A stretch of 43,379 bases of DNA, taken from assembly GCA_051439505.1 (NCBI GenBank), contig JBFRWI010000058.1, forward strand, positions 1 through 43,379, in the 5' to 3' direction. The notes under the pieces were generated by a model. The model made no database searches. It was not told the origin of the DNA and saw nothing but the letters and a program-made list of their open reading frames with translations. This document shows, in pieces, positions 1 to 10,440 of the stretch; the stretch's first letter is position 1, and every line of letters starts with the position of its first letter. Source of the DNA: Hormoscilla sp. (GTDB lineage Bacteria; Cyanobacteriota; Cyanobacteriia; Cyanobacteriales; Desertifilaceae). Made by a program: the position numbers and the translations under genes.

Positions 1-628
1 CGTGTAAATTCCAACACCTCTTCTGCCATTCCTAACATCCGCGTAATCTGCGCTTGAATCAGATCGCACCATTCCTTAGTTTCATCATCAGGATGCATTT
101 CTGCTAACATTGAACTAGATAAATTGATGCTGTTGAAAGGACTTTTGAAATCATGAATAATCGTATTAACCATCTCGCCCACCAACTCCATTTTCTCTTT
201 GTGAACGACCTGATCACATATTGATCCGTCGTCATTCGCAGATGTTTAATAATGTGACGAAACAGTCCCAGGACGACCTTACCCTTAGTGTTATCCAAAA
301 TTTCCATCAAAGACTCCCGGGGGATTTTGGCCAGGGTTGAACCCTTGTAAGCTACGGCCCTGGCGCTACGTGGTTGTCCATCGAGAACCCCAAATTCTCC
401 GAAGAAATCGTTAGGATTAGCGAATGCTATAGTTTGGTATTTGTTATTGCCAACTTGTTTGCAAAATTCTACCTGGCCCTCTAATACCAGGAATATACTA
501 TCGGGAATCGATCCTTCTTCAAAAATGATTTTTTTCTCAGAAAAATTTTCCAGAATAGCCAACTGGCACAGCTGGGATACTTGTTCTGGTTCAAAATAGG
601 AGATAAATTGATGGGATGCCAAATCCAT
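1..628 (-). pseudogene. cNMP-binding domain histidine kinase, frameshifted near 213 and running off the window edge
   Basis: The ORF has a cNMP-binding domain (FFGEFGVLDGQPRSA). After TTDQYV (gtg at cag) the shifted frame reads QVVHKEKMELVGEMVNTIIHDFKSPFNSINLSSSML...EEVLEFT, a HisKA H-box, open to position 1. Confidence 0.85.
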
Positions 629-941
629 GTGAGAGTACCTGTATCTTTAATTGAGGAAGTTGCTTGCCAGTGGTAATGCTACCCCCGCACGGCTAGGGTT
701 GCCTCGCGCTGACCCTCTGGTCGCATGTCTCTTAAGTCACCGACCTTAGTCACCACAACCCTTCGCTTTCTGGCAGACGGGGGATGGGCGCGATCGCCTA
801 TCACTCTAGTTTACCCCAATCAGATGCCCTATTCTCTGCTAGTGGAGCCCAAACAGTTGCGGCGTCAGGAACGGGGCGATCGCCTCTGGGCCTGCCATCG
901 GATCCCGATTCAACCCCCCATGAACAACAATTGGTAGTAAA

Positions 942-1035
942 GAGCGTTTCTCAGATTAATGAGGTACAGTGAATTCCCTACAGGACAAGGGTTTCAGCTA
1001 AATATTTCTGTACCTGACCTGATTGAGAAATGCTA
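942..1035. mobile_element. Short MITE-like element with imperfect ~28-bp terminal inverted repeats
   Basis: Left arm gagcgtttctcagattaatgaggtacag; reverse complement of right arm tagcatttctcaatcaggtcaggtacag. Confidence 0.55.
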
Positions 1036-1121
1036 TATATTTAATTTGTTTGTATTCTAACATACATTTCGATCTAATTCTCATATTTGATAAATTTTTC
1101 AATGTCTTGATAATGGTTGCG

Positions 1122-1148
1122 AATTGTCAATTGTCAATTGTCAATTGC
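1122..1148. repeat. Heptamer tandem repeat (AATTGTC)x3-4, STRR-like
   Basis: aattgtc aattgtc aattgtc aattgc read directly. Confidence 0.8.
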
Positions 1149-1216
1149 GGCGTTGTGAATTCAGTAATTCCATCAATATAGCCATATATAGATATATCTA
1201 AAACTATGCTCTGCAT

Positions 1217-1244
1217 TGGTCACTGGTCACTGGTCACCGGTCAT
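1217..1244. repeat. Heptamer tandem repeat (TGGTCAC)x3-4, STRR-like
   Basis: tggtcac tggtcac tggtcac cggtcat read directly. Confidence 0.8.
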
Positions 1245-1471
1245 CGATCGTCCCGTGGCGCGGGCGTCCCCGCCCGATAAACATTACCTAAAAATCGGAA
1301 ATACATATTTGAATATATATTGAATTAAGGAAAAAATAACCCTCGCGGGGAGGTCTCAGCTGGACATGGGTTCGCCAGTATTAGGACAGCGGTCATGGGG
1401 AAAATCTATGCGATTAACAGGAGAAGAGATATGCTAAATAAATCTGTTCTGAACAAGCTCCACCGTTACAA

Positions 1472-2308
1472 ATGAAGTCGTATTTAGCCGCCGCCATTCA
1501 AATGACCAGCGTGCCAGACCTGGAAAAAAACCTGGTACAGGCAGAAGAACTGATAGATCTAGCCGTGAATCAGGGAGCCGAACTGGTAACTTTACCAGAA
1601 AACTTTCCCTTTTTGGGCAGCGAGTCAGAAAAACTGGCTCAAGCGGCAACTATTGCCCAAGAGAGCGAAAAATTTCTTCAGATCATGGCGCAGCGGTACC
1701 AAATCACTATCCTCGGCGGGGGCTTCCCCGTACCGGTAGACACAGACAAAGTCTATAACACAGCATTATTAATAGACTCAACTGGCAGTGAAGTAGCCCG
1801 TTACCAGAAAGTCCATCTGTTCGACGTCAACCTCCCCGACGGCAACACCTATTGCGAATCATTAACAGTTCAACCAGGAACCCAGTTGCCGCCAGTCTAC
1901 GCGAGTCCATCATTAGGCGTGATGGGACTCTCCGTATGCTATGATGTCAGGTTTCCCGAACTGTACCGGCATCTGTCAGATGAAGGTGCAGATATCTTGT
2001 TTGTACCAGCAGCTTTCACCGCCTACACGGGCAAAGACCATTGGCAAGTGCTGCTGCAAGCAAGAGCGATCGAAAACACCTGCTACGTCATCGCCCCCGC
2101 CCAAACTGGGAACAATTATGCCCTGCGCCACACTCACGGCCACGCCATGATTGTTGACCCTTGGGGGATGATTCTCGCCGATGCTGCCGAAGCGCCAGGA
2201 GTGGCGATCGCCAAAATTGATCCCTCACGACTGCAACAAGTGCGGCGTCAGATGCCTGCATTAAAGCATCGGGTGTTTGGCCGATCGCGCAGCGTGGCGC
2301 AGCCATAG
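1472..2308 (+). CDS. Carbon-nitrogen hydrolase (Nit1-like, probable deaminated glutathione amidase)
   Basis: Catalytic E-K-C motifs LPENF, YQKVHLFD and VCYDVRFPE; also LLQARAIEN and GHAMIVDPWG. Confidence 0.92.
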   Translation: MKSYLAAAIQMTSVPDLEKNLVQAEELIDLAVNQGAELVTLPENFPFLGSESEKLAQAATIAQESEKFLQIMAQRYQITILGGGFPVPVDTDKVYNTALLIDSTGSEVARYQKVHLFDVNLPDGNTYCESLTVQPGTQLPPVYASPSLGVMGLSVCYDVRFPELYRHLSDEGADILFVPAAFTAYTGKDHWQVLLQARAIENTCYVIAPAQTGNNYALRHTHGHAMIVDPWGMILADAAEAPGVAIAKIDPSRLQQVRRQMPALKHRVFGRSRSVAQP

Positions 2309-2369
2309 ACTTGAGGGTGGTAAATCTGATTGCGCCTAATGTGCAAATAAACCTATACAGTATACCCCG

Positions 2370-3902
2370 ATGATTTATAGGGAACCAATGGTTGATGCAA
2401 TTGCCTGGGTGACGAAGATGGCCCCAACCAACTTCATCCCAGGAACGCCCCCCGGACAAGTCCTGTTGGCAACAGCAACTCCAACAGCAGCGGCCCCTAG
2501 CACTTCCATGGTACTGGCAGCAGTGCTACTGAGTTTAGTTGTCATTTACCTAGCTAGCAAAATAGGCGGCGAGATTTGTGCCAGAATTGACTTGCCCCCC
2601 GTCTTAGGCGAACTGGTCGGCGGCGTAGTTGTGGGTATATCGGCCTTGAACTTACTGATTTTTCCAGAAGGAGGAGCCCAGAGTTCTGATTCCGTGATTA
2701 TGGCCTTCCTGCAAGGGACAGCTAATCTCACCCCAGAAACCTCCAGCAGCCTGTTTGAAGCATCCAGCGAAGTCATTTCCGTTTTATCGGAACTGGGCGT
2801 GATCCTGCTATTGTTTGAAATTGGTCTGGAATCAGACTTGAAGGAATTGCTTAAATCCGGACCCACCGCAACAGTCGTAGCTGTGACAGGGGTGGTTGTA
2901 CCCTTTGCTGCTGGTACCGCTGGACTGATTTACCTATTTCATGTCTCCACAGTCCCAGCAGTTTTCGCCGGTGCTGCTCTGACCGCCACCAGTATCGGCA
3001 TTACGGCTAAGGTGCTAGCAGAACTACAACGTCTGACTTCAACTGAAGGTCAGATTATCATTGGTGCAGCAGTGATAGACGATGTACTTGGCATTATCGT
3101 TCTGGCCGTGGTGGCTTCTCTCGCTGAGACAGGTGAGATCGAAGTCGCCAACGTCATCTATCTAATTATCAGTGCTGGAGTTTTTCTGATTGGCTCTATT
3201 TTATTGGGTCGAAATTTGATGCCCTATTTTGTCGGGCTAGTCAAAAGACTGCAAACGCGCGGTCAGCTGTTGATTGCTGCCCTCATTTTCACCTTTATTC
3301 TGTCCTATATCGGAGACGCGATTCAATTAGAAGCTATACTTGGTTCTTTTACTGCTGGTCTGATTCTGGCAGAAACAGAACTGCGCCGAGAACTGGAAGA
3401 GAAAATTATTCCCGTTGCTGATATGTTCACGCCAATTTTCTTTGTTACAGTTGGTGCTAAAACAGATTTGGGAGTGCTAAATCCAGCAGTTCCCAGCAAT
3501 CGAGAGGGTCTGATTATCGCTAGCTTCCTGATTGTGGTGGCAATTGTAGGAAAGATAGTTACGGGATTGACAGTGTTTGGCGCAGAGGGAAAAATTAACC
3601 GTCTAGCAATTGGCGTCGGCATGATTCCCAGAGGGGAAGTGGGACTTGTGTTTGCAGGCGTCGGTGAGGCTAGTGGTGCCCTATCAGAACCCTTGCAAGC
3701 TGCAATTATTATGATGGTGATTCTGACAACCTTTCTAGCACCGCCCTTATTGCGGGTGGTGTTCGCCCTGCCAGCGGGCGACAGTAACCCGGAAACTCGG
3801 GACAGGACACCAAATAGTCCCAAAGCCGAAGTATCAGCTGCTGTTCGGGAAACATCGGAACAAGATTTAAGAGAGTCGGTCGAAGATTCAGATCGAAGCT
3901 GA
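2370..3902 (+). CDS. nhaS3: CPA2-family Na+/H+ antiporter (NhaS3/NapA-like); true start may be 2388 or 2418
   Basis: Many TM helices; LLFEIGLESD, ATSIGIT, GAAVIDDVLG and GMIPRGEVG motifs. Confidence 0.85.
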   Translation: MIYREPMVDAIAWVTKMAPTNFIPGTPPGQVLLATATPTAAAPSTSMVLAAVLLSLVVIYLASKIGGEICARIDLPPVLGELVGGVVVGISALNLLIFPEGGAQSSDSVIMAFLQGTANLTPETSSSLFEASSEVISVLSELGVILLLFEIGLESDLKELLKSGPTATVVAVTGVVVPFAAGTAGLIYLFHVSTVPAVFAGAALTATSIGITAKVLAELQRLTSTEGQIIIGAAVIDDVLGIIVLAVVASLAETGEIEVANVIYLIISAGVFLIGSILLGRNLMPYFVGLVKRLQTRGQLLIAALIFTFILSYIGDAIQLEAILGSFTAGLILAETELRRELEEKIIPVADMFTPIFFVTVGAKTDLGVLNPAVPSNREGLIIASFLIVVAIVGKIVTGLTVFGAEGKINRLAIGVGMIPRGEVGLVFAGVGEASGALSEPLQAAIIMMVILTTFLAPPLLRVVFALPAGDSNPETRDRTPNSPKAEVSAAVRETSEQDLRESVEDSDRS

Positions 3903-4002
3903 GTAGCTTCGTCATCAGGTTTTGTGGTTTTTCCCTTAGCATTGGTCGGAAGCCCCTGATGACCAATGACCAAGGATTTTTAACAAAAAAGAGGAGCGGG
4001 AA

Positions 4003-5919
4003 GTGAAATTCCATTGGCTATTATCTGGTGCTCTAGGTGTTTGGCTAGCATCGAGTCCCGTACAAGCAGCTAACTTGCAGTTTTGGCGCTTTGATGCTAA
4101 CCGCAACCGCTTAGAGTTTACGACATCGGGCAGCGTTCAACCTAGAGCGCAATTGCTCTTCAACCCCACTCGTCTGGTAATTGATTTACCCGGAGTCAGG
4201 TTAAGGGGAAGCATGCAAGAGCAGCTAGTGAAAACCCCTGGAATTAAATCTATCCGGGTGGGACAATTCACCCCTGGAACTACTAGGATTGTGATTGAAT
4301 TGATTCAGGGTTATACTCTCGACTCACAACAAATTAGATTTCAAGGAGCCACTCCCAGCCAGTGGCGGGTTCAATTACCGACTCCCCAACCCTTAAATCT
4401 ATCTCCCCCCAGCCCACAGGCCCCAGCTGTATATCCTCCGTCTCCGGTGGAGCCCGATCCTTTCGATCCACCAGATCCGGAGATCGATCTACCTAGAGCG
4501 AGAATTCAAGTGGAGAATCTGCGGGTGACCACTGGTGGTTTCTTCATTAACACCCGGGGGCAAACTCCAGAAATAAAAAAAGCAAAGCGCAGCAAAGATG
4601 GCACGGAAATTAATATAGATATACCGGGAGCAAGCATCGATCCTAATCTCAGGCAGCGAGAATTATCGATCGATAGTAAAGGTGTTAAAAAAATCAGACT
4701 CTCTCAAGTTGAAACTTCTCCTCCAGTTGCTCGTATTACCCTTTCTGTCACAGAAGATAGCCCCAATTGGCGGGCCCAGATGAGCGGGAACGCGATTATA
4801 CTCTTACCTGAAGGTGGCAGTCCTGCTTTGCCGTCTTCCGAGCGTGATTGGCCAGCTGGAGAACAGTTAGCGAGGGCAGATTCTAGGTTTGACCAAACTG
4901 CCACAATCGAGTCGGTTCAAATGATTGGATCTAGACTTATAGTCAGGGCCGATCGCCCGGTGAGTGCTATGGGGAGATGGGAAACACCCGCAGCCTACAA
5001 ACTGACAATTTCTCCAGCTCGATTAAGTACCACTACTAGAACACCCCAGTTAAATTCAACTGGCCCATTATCGCAGCTGAGTATAGAGCAGTCAGGTCTT
5101 AACTCGGTAGTGATTTCATTGCTCCCTGCTTCTGGTTTTACAATTGAAAATTTCAATCAGTCTAGTGAATATCTATCCCTGCCCATTGTTATTAGAAATC
5201 CTCCTCCCGTACCGCCAGTGAAGCCTCCCAGTGGCCCGATCGCGATCGACGTGCCGCCTCCTAATATTCCACCCCCGATTAATCCGCCTTCTCCGCCGAG
5301 ACCACGGCCTTCTTCACCGGCTCCCGATCGGACAAATAATGAGCGCATTGTTGTGGTGGTAGATCCCGGTCATGGTGGACGCGATCCCGGTGCTATTGGC
5401 ATTGGTGGCTTGCAAGAAAAACAGATAGTTTTGGATATCTCCCGACAAGTAGCAACGATCTTGCAGCGACAAGGCATCCAAGCACTGCTGACTCGCTATG
5501 ATGACCGGGAAATTGACTTGCAGCCTCGGGTGGATTTTGCCGAACGGGTAAATGCTAGTTTATTTGTGAGCATCCACGCCAACGCTATTAGTCTCAGTCG
5601 TCCCGATGTGAATGGGCTAGAAACCTATTACTATGACACTGGTGGAAGGCTGGCGAGGACTATCCACGAAAATATTCTGCGACGCACTGGCATTCCAGAC
5701 CGGAGATTGCGGCGAGCCAGATTTTACGTGCTCAGGAAAACTTCTATGCCCGCCGTCTTAGTGGAAACTGGGTTTGTCACTGGTGCTGATGATGCTGTTA
5801 GATTGAGGAATCCAGCTTACCGCCGCCGTATGGCTGAGGCGATCGCAGAGGGGATCCTTCAGTATGTGCGGCAAAATCACGGTTTGTCGGGCCTGGGAAG
5901 TTACAGAGGACACAGATAG
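4003..5919 (+). CDS. amiC: N-acetylmuramoyl-L-alanine amidase with AMIN domains
   Basis: Signal peptide, AMIN (PTRLVIDLPG), Pro-rich linkers, Amidase_3 motifs DPGHGG..DPGA, EK, SIHAN and VLVETGF. Lies directly upstream of murI. Confidence 0.93.
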   Translation: MKFHWLLSGALGVWLASSPVQAANLQFWRFDANRNRLEFTTSGSVQPRAQLLFNPTRLVIDLPGVRLRGSMQEQLVKTPGIKSIRVGQFTPGTTRIVIELIQGYTLDSQQIRFQGATPSQWRVQLPTPQPLNLSPPSPQAPAVYPPSPVEPDPFDPPDPEIDLPRARIQVENLRVTTGGFFINTRGQTPEIKKAKRSKDGTEINIDIPGASIDPNLRQRELSIDSKGVKKIRLSQVETSPPVARITLSVTEDSPNWRAQMSGNAIILLPEGGSPALPSSERDWPAGEQLARADSRFDQTATIESVQMIGSRLIVRADRPVSAMGRWETPAAYKLTISPARLSTTTRTPQLNSTGPLSQLSIEQSGLNSVVISLLPASGFTIENFNQSSEYLSLPIVIRNPPPVPPVKPPSGPIAIDVPPPNIPPPINPPSPPRPRPSSPAPDRTNNERIVVVVDPGHGGRDPGAIGIGGLQEKQIVLDISRQVATILQRQGIQALLTRYDDREIDLQPRVDFAERVNASLFVSIHANAISLSRPDVNGLETYYYDTGGRLARTIHENILRRTGIPDRRLRRARFYVLRKTSMPAVLVETGFVTGADDAVRLRNPAYRRRMAEAIAEGILQYVRQNHGLSGLGSYRGHR

Positions 5920-6750
5920 ATGCAAAATGGACGGATTGGGATTTTTGACAGCGGTGTTGGTGGTTTGACTGTTTTGAGAGAGCTATACCGGCAACTACCT
6001 GGGGAGTCGATTCTTTATTTTGCGGATACAGCTCGACTCCCCTATGGCACCCGAGAACCGGTTCAAATCCAACAGTTTGTCCGCGAGATTCTTACCTGGA
6101 TGGTACAGCAGCAGGTCAAAATGGTAGTAATGGCTTGCAACACCAGTGATGCTTTAGCTCTGGAAGTCGTGCGCCCAGAATTCGACCTCCCCGTTATTGG
6201 ACTCATCTTACCGGGAAGTCGCGCTGCTGTCCGTTCTGGAAAGCGGATAGGCGTGATCGCCACAGAGGCTACCGTGAAGAGCAATGCCTATCGTCGGGCT
6301 ATACTAGAGCTTGACCCAACTATCCATGTTTGGCAAGTAGCCTGTCCCGAGTTTGTACCTCTAATCGAGCAAAACTGGATCTCTCACCCCTACACCATGC
6401 AAGTAGCACGATCGTATCTGGCTCCTTTACTGGATCGGCAAATTGATACCCTAGTTTACGGTTGCACTCATTATCCACTCTTGGCACCGGTGCTCCGTCA
6501 GATTTTACCCCCATCAGTGCAGTTAGTTGACCCAGCTGTACATGTAGTTGCAGCTGCCGCTAGAGAACTAGACCTGTTAGGATACAGAAACACTCGCTCT
6601 CTTTTACCAACCCGGTTTGGAGTCAGCGGATCCCAGGAGCTATTTGCCCAATTGTCAGTTCAGTGGCTCGGTTGTCAAATTAAGGTAGAATCGGTAAATC
6701 TCACAAAATTTCGAGCCCAGCTAGCTGAGATCGAATCTCGGTCGCAATAA
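5920..6750 (+). CDS. murI: Glutamate racemase
   Basis: IGIFDSGVGGLTV, MACNT and GCTHYP motifs. Confidence 0.97.
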   Translation: MQNGRIGIFDSGVGGLTVLRELYRQLPGESILYFADTARLPYGTREPVQIQQFVREILTWMVQQQVKMVVMACNTSDALALEVVRPEFDLPVIGLILPGSRAAVRSGKRIGVIATEATVKSNAYRRAILELDPTIHVWQVACPEFVPLIEQNWISHPYTMQVARSYLAPLLDRQIDTLVYGCTHYPLLAPVLRQILPPSVQLVDPAVHVVAAAARELDLLGYRNTRSLLPTRFGVSGSQELFAQLSVQWLGCQIKVESVNLTKFRAQLAEIESRSQ

Positions 6751-6780
6751 AAAATCGGATCTATCTTTTTGTGCCGAGCT

Positions 6781-6936
6781 CTAACGGACAGAACTGCGAG
6801 TTAGCGTAGCTGAACGATTTAGCGTCCTTCGCGACCACTTGACACCTCGCTGTGCCAGAATCAATATCAGATAAACTACACAAATATAAGCCGTGGCCAG
6901 AACGGGAATTATCAGGGGAAGATCTTTGTAAGTCAT
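6781..6936 (-). CDS. Small single-TM hypothetical protein (51 aa, MTYKDLPLIIPVLATAYICVVYLILILAQR...)
   Basis: Hydrophobic helix followed by a basic tail. The position between murI and sds matches a small opposite-strand ORF I recall in Anabaena (unverified). Confidence 0.5.
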   Translation of the reverse strand: MTYKDLPLIIPVLATAYICVVYLILILAQRGVKWSRRTLNRSATLTRSSVR

Positions 6937-7052
6937 AGCACACTTAGACGGATAGCGGAGAGCAAACGGGAACGGGAATTTCAAATCGGAATGTATCGCT
7001 CAACCTCGCCCTTGACTAGCACTGGCGCCGGTTAAAGCTTGCAACTGCCAAC

Positions 7053-7083
7053 AAGAGATCTGTGGATAACCCACAGATCTCTT
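7053..7083. repeat. Perfect 13-bp hairpin in the murI-sds intergenic region
   Basis: aagagatctgtgg-ataac-ccacagatctctt. Confidence 0.85.
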
Positions 7084-7415
7084 AGCCGCAATTTACTTGC
7101 CCGTCAGACTTAAGACCTTTGAGTTCATGACCGGAGCGAGGAATTGACAACCCACCTTGAAAAGGAACTGAGATTGCCTAGCTCCCAGCGCGAATACTCA
7201 AACTGTCATCAGTATTGATAGCCGGTCTGTCTCGATCGGGTTAAATAAATTTGAAATCCTTAATTTTTAACTTAACACAAAATTTCCCGCTTCAGAAGTG
7301 AATTTTGAGGATAAGTTAATAAATCTTAACAATTAGCTGTCAGATGTTCCCTGTTTGGCTTAGAATAGAGGAAATATGTAAAGTTTTGTAGCCTAGCGCC
7401 AGAGTCGGCTGATCC

Positions 7416-8387
7416 ATGACCGATCGCAAAAAAATCTTTTATCCAGTGGAAGCAGACCTGCTGAAGCTGACGGAAAACTTGAAGCAGCTGGTGAGTGCTC
7501 GTCACCCAATCCTATACGCAGCGGCAGAACACCTATTCGGCGCAGAGGGCAAACGGGTAAGACCGGCGATAGTCCTGTTGGCCTCGCGGACAACGATGCC
7601 GAACCAGGATATTACCCAACGCCACAGACGATTGGCGGAAATTACGGAAATGATTCACACGGCTAGTCTGGTACATGATGATGTGGTGGATGAATCACAA
7701 GTACGTCGCGGCATACCGACGGTACATAGCAGTTTTGGCAACCGCATCGCAGTTTTAGCAGGGGATTTCCTGTTCGCCCAATCTTCCTGGTATTTGGCTT
7801 CTTTGGATAACCTGGAGGTGGTCAAACTACTATCAGAAGTGATTATGGATCTGGCGGAAGGGGAAATTCGACAGGGACTAAATCGATTTGATCCGAGTTT
7901 GTCCATTGAGGCTTACCTGGAAAAGAGTTATTATAAAACGGCTTCTTTGATTGCCAATAGCTGTAAGGCGGCTGCGGTACTCAGTGAGGTGTCTCCGGAA
8001 ATAGCCGAAAATTTATATCAATATGGCCGTAATCTGGGACTGGCTTTCCAAGTTGTGGATGATATTCTCGATTTCACCGGTTCAACTGAAACCTTGGGTA
8101 AACCAGCTGGTTCGGACCTCTGTAGCGGCAACTTGACAGCGCCAGTCTTATATGCTATGGAGGAAAAACCCTACCTGGAAGCAATGATTTCCCAAGAATT
8201 TACTCAATCAGATGACTTGGAAAAGGCTGTGGCGGTGATTAAAGAAAGTAATGGCATCAAGCGTTCTCAGGAATTAGCTGCGTCCCATGCTAGTCGTGCG
8301 CAGAATTGTTTAGCTGATTTACCACCCTCTGACTCTCGCCAAGCTCTAAAGGACTTGGCTGATTATGTTTTGACTCGTATAAATTAG
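7416..8387 (+). CDS. sds: Solanesyl diphosphate synthase
   Basis: GKRVRP, HTASLVHDDVVD..RRG, YYKTA and FQVVDDILD prenyltransferase motifs. Confidence 0.93.
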   Translation: MTDRKKIFYPVEADLLKLTENLKQLVSARHPILYAAAEHLFGAEGKRVRPAIVLLASRTTMPNQDITQRHRRLAEITEMIHTASLVHDDVVDESQVRRGIPTVHSSFGNRIAVLAGDFLFAQSSWYLASLDNLEVVKLLSEVIMDLAEGEIRQGLNRFDPSLSIEAYLEKSYYKTASLIANSCKAAAVLSEVSPEIAENLYQYGRNLGLAFQVVDDILDFTGSTETLGKPAGSDLCSGNLTAPVLYAMEEKPYLEAMISQEFTQSDDLEKAVAVIKESNGIKRSQELAASHASRAQNCLADLPPSDSRQALKDLADYVLTRIN

Positions 8388-8411
8388 TAGTGTTGTAGGC
8401 TGGAATTGAGA

Positions 8412-8595
8412 AATTGTGGCGTTGCACATTCTTGGGATGATGGTGATAGATTTTCCCTTTTTGCTAATTGCTAATTGCTAATTGCTAATTGCTAATTGCT
8501 CTCTGGACAAAAAGCGACATCTTTCGACATAGAACACTGGCAAGAATTGCTCATCAACAACCCTTATCATCCCTAACCCGTGCAACCCCGAAATT
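8412..8595. mobile_element. MITE-like element with imperfect 30-bp TIRs enclosing a (TTGCTAA)n tract
   Basis: Left end aattgtggcgttgcacattcttgggatgat; reverse complement of right end aatttcggggttgcacgggttagggatgat. Confidence 0.55.
8461..8500. repeat. Heptamer tandem repeat (TTGCTAA)x5.7, STRR-like
   Basis: Read directly. Confidence 0.9.
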
Positions 8596-8596
8596 G

Positions 8597-9073
8597 TTAA
8601 GCTAGATCGTCGGGGATATTGTGAGAGTTGCCCTGGAAACGCTGCATATATGAGAAAATTAATTTTTGGATATCAGCACGCCCAACTTCAGTCCCGGCGT
8701 CGATATTTCCGGGGGTCTCAAAGAACACTAGACTATCGACTGTTTCCATTGCTACCATCTGAAATAAAATGTGAGTGACAGGATGTGGCAAGGCCATGGC
8801 CCTCGGGTCTTGTCGGGCATAGGCTGTATTGGCAGCATCTTGCTGGGTGGGAAAGGCATAAATGACATTTTTTCGCTGCTGGGGTTGGACCCGATTGCTC
8901 AGAGTTGTTAACACCCAATTGTCATCAGGAGTCTGTATGATATAATATTGCGAGTGCTTTAACCGTGAAGCGATTGACTTGAGTACAGGGGCGATCGCCT
9001 CCATAACCAAGGGGGTGCTGCCATCGGTGGGAGCTTGGTCAATCAACAGTTGAATTTGTTGGTCTATGTTCAT
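8597..9073 (-). CDS. Conserved cyanobacterial hypothetical protein, divergent from hetZ
   Basis: 158-aa ATG ORF with globular composition (WVLTTLSNR, VIYAFPT, PVTHILFQ). Confidence 0.8.
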   Translation of the reverse strand: MNIDQQIQLLIDQAPTDGSTPLVMEAIAPVLKSIASRLKHSQYYIIQTPDDNWVLTTLSNRVQPQQRKNVIYAFPTQQDAANTAYARQDPRAMALPHPVTHILFQMVAMETVDSLVFFETPGNIDAGTEVGRADIQKLIFSYMQRFQGNSHNIPDDLA

Positions 9074-9303
9074 AATTAGACTTCTTGGGTATTTATGCTT
9101 GGGGTAGGGATTGTGAGATGGCCATTATGGTGGCGATCCGAACGAACGGATTTTGAGGAGCAAGCTTTTTGGTCAATGCTATAAATTATAAGCGATCGCG
9201 CCGGATGTATCGCCGGTTATCAAGAGTGGCCAAATAGGGTGAGTTTTGAGTTAGCGAGTGGATGTGTTAGGGTAGTGGATAGCCAAGTAGTCGTAATGGG
9301 AGA

Positions 9304-10440
9304 TTGGTGCTGATCGTGGAGGCAATCTTTTCCGAAGTTTTTCAGCTCCTGTTGAGAGAACTCAAACAGTCTACCCGTGCCTCAGAGGGAAACTGTCAAG
9401 AGGTGGCCAAACGCATAGCTACAGAAGTAATGCGGATCTGCTCCCAAAGCAAGAGAATTCAAGCCTCCGGGGAAATAGCTTCATGGGCCCAGACCCTAGC
9501 CAGTCAGCGCCAGGAGCAATGTCTGCGCTACTATAATTTGGGGTCTCGCCAAGGAAGGGTGGAATTACACAGCTCTTTGAGTGCGATCGTCTATCGCTAC
9601 ATTACTCCATCAGGGCTGCCATCCAGCTATCAAGGGAGGCTGACTCTGATTGAAGATTTTTTACAGGGATTTTACATAGAGGCGCTGAATTCCTTCCGCC
9701 GGGAAGCGGAACTGCCGGTTACCTATCAACCGAAAACTTTGCTGGAGTTGGCAGAGTACATGGCTTTTGTGGAGCGCTATGGGAAGCGCCGTATTAGACT
9801 ATCGCGAGGTCGATCTCAACAACTGATTATTCTCCGGGCCCAAACTTTTTCCGGGCAGCAACCGCCAGAAACTTTTGTCGATCTGGAAAGGGCAGCAGAG
9901 GGAGCCCCTGGTGAGTCAGGGGGAAACTGGGGTGCCGCGCCGGGAAAGCAGCTGCGAGAGGTGATGGTGGCGGCGGCGGATACTAACCCAATAGAAGATC
10001 ACCTGCGCTTCAAGGTGGTGGAAGAATTGATGCAGTATTTACTCGACCATAATCAGCTTGATTGTGCTGACTACTTTGCTCTGCGCTTGCAGGATTTATC
10101 GACATCGGAAATTGAGGAGATCCTGGGTTTGACTCCCCGGGAACGGGACTATTTACAGCAGCGGTTTAAATACCATCTGAGTCGGTTTGCTACGGGACCG
10201 GGATGGGAATTGGTGCATCAGTGGTTGGAAGCGGACCTGGAACGGAACCTGGGCATGACTCCTGGGGAATGGCAGACTTTTATAGACAAGCTGACTCAAC
10301 AACAGCAGAGTTTGCTCAGCCTTAAGCAACAGAAACTACCCCATCAAGAGATCGCCTCCGATCTGGGCATAACTCCTAGTAAAGTCACCAAAGAGTGGTC
10401 TAAGCTACTACAAATAGCCTGGGAAATCCGTAATAGCTGA
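9304..10440 (+). CDS. hetZ: HetZ (heterocyst differentiation regulator homologue)
   Basis: Recognised segments SKRIQASG, GRVELHSSLSAIVYRYI, IEDFLQGFY, LELAEYMAF.ERYGKRRI, QQLIILRAQTF and LGLTPRERDYLQQRFKYH; C-terminal HTH-like region; synteny with sds and patU. Confidence 0.9.
   Translation: MVLIVEAIFSEVFQLLLRELKQSTRASEGNCQEVAKRIATEVMRICSQSKRIQASGEIASWAQTLASQRQEQCLRYYNLGSRQGRVELHSSLSAIVYRYITPSGLPSSYQGRLTLIEDFLQGFYIEALNSFRREAELPVTYQPKTLLELAEYMAFVERYGKRRIRLSRGRSQQLIILRAQTFSGQQPPETFVDLERAAEGAPGESGGNWGAAPGKQLREVMVAAADTNPIEDHLRFKVVEELMQYLLDHNQLDCADYFALRLQDLSTSEIEEILGLTPRERDYLQQRFKYHLSRFATGPGWELVHQWLEADLERNLGMTPGEWQTFIDKLTQQQQSLLSLKQQKLPHQEIASDLGITPSKVTKEWSKLLQIAWEIRNS

Noticed and set aside
725..972. 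Short ORFs 725-937 and 784-972
   Set aside because: Overlapping, with no motifs and no clear RBS; probably non-coding.
7061..7069. Perfect DnaA box TGTGGATAA suggesting oriC
   Set aside because: A single box inside a hairpin, with no box cluster and no dnaA/dnaN nearby.
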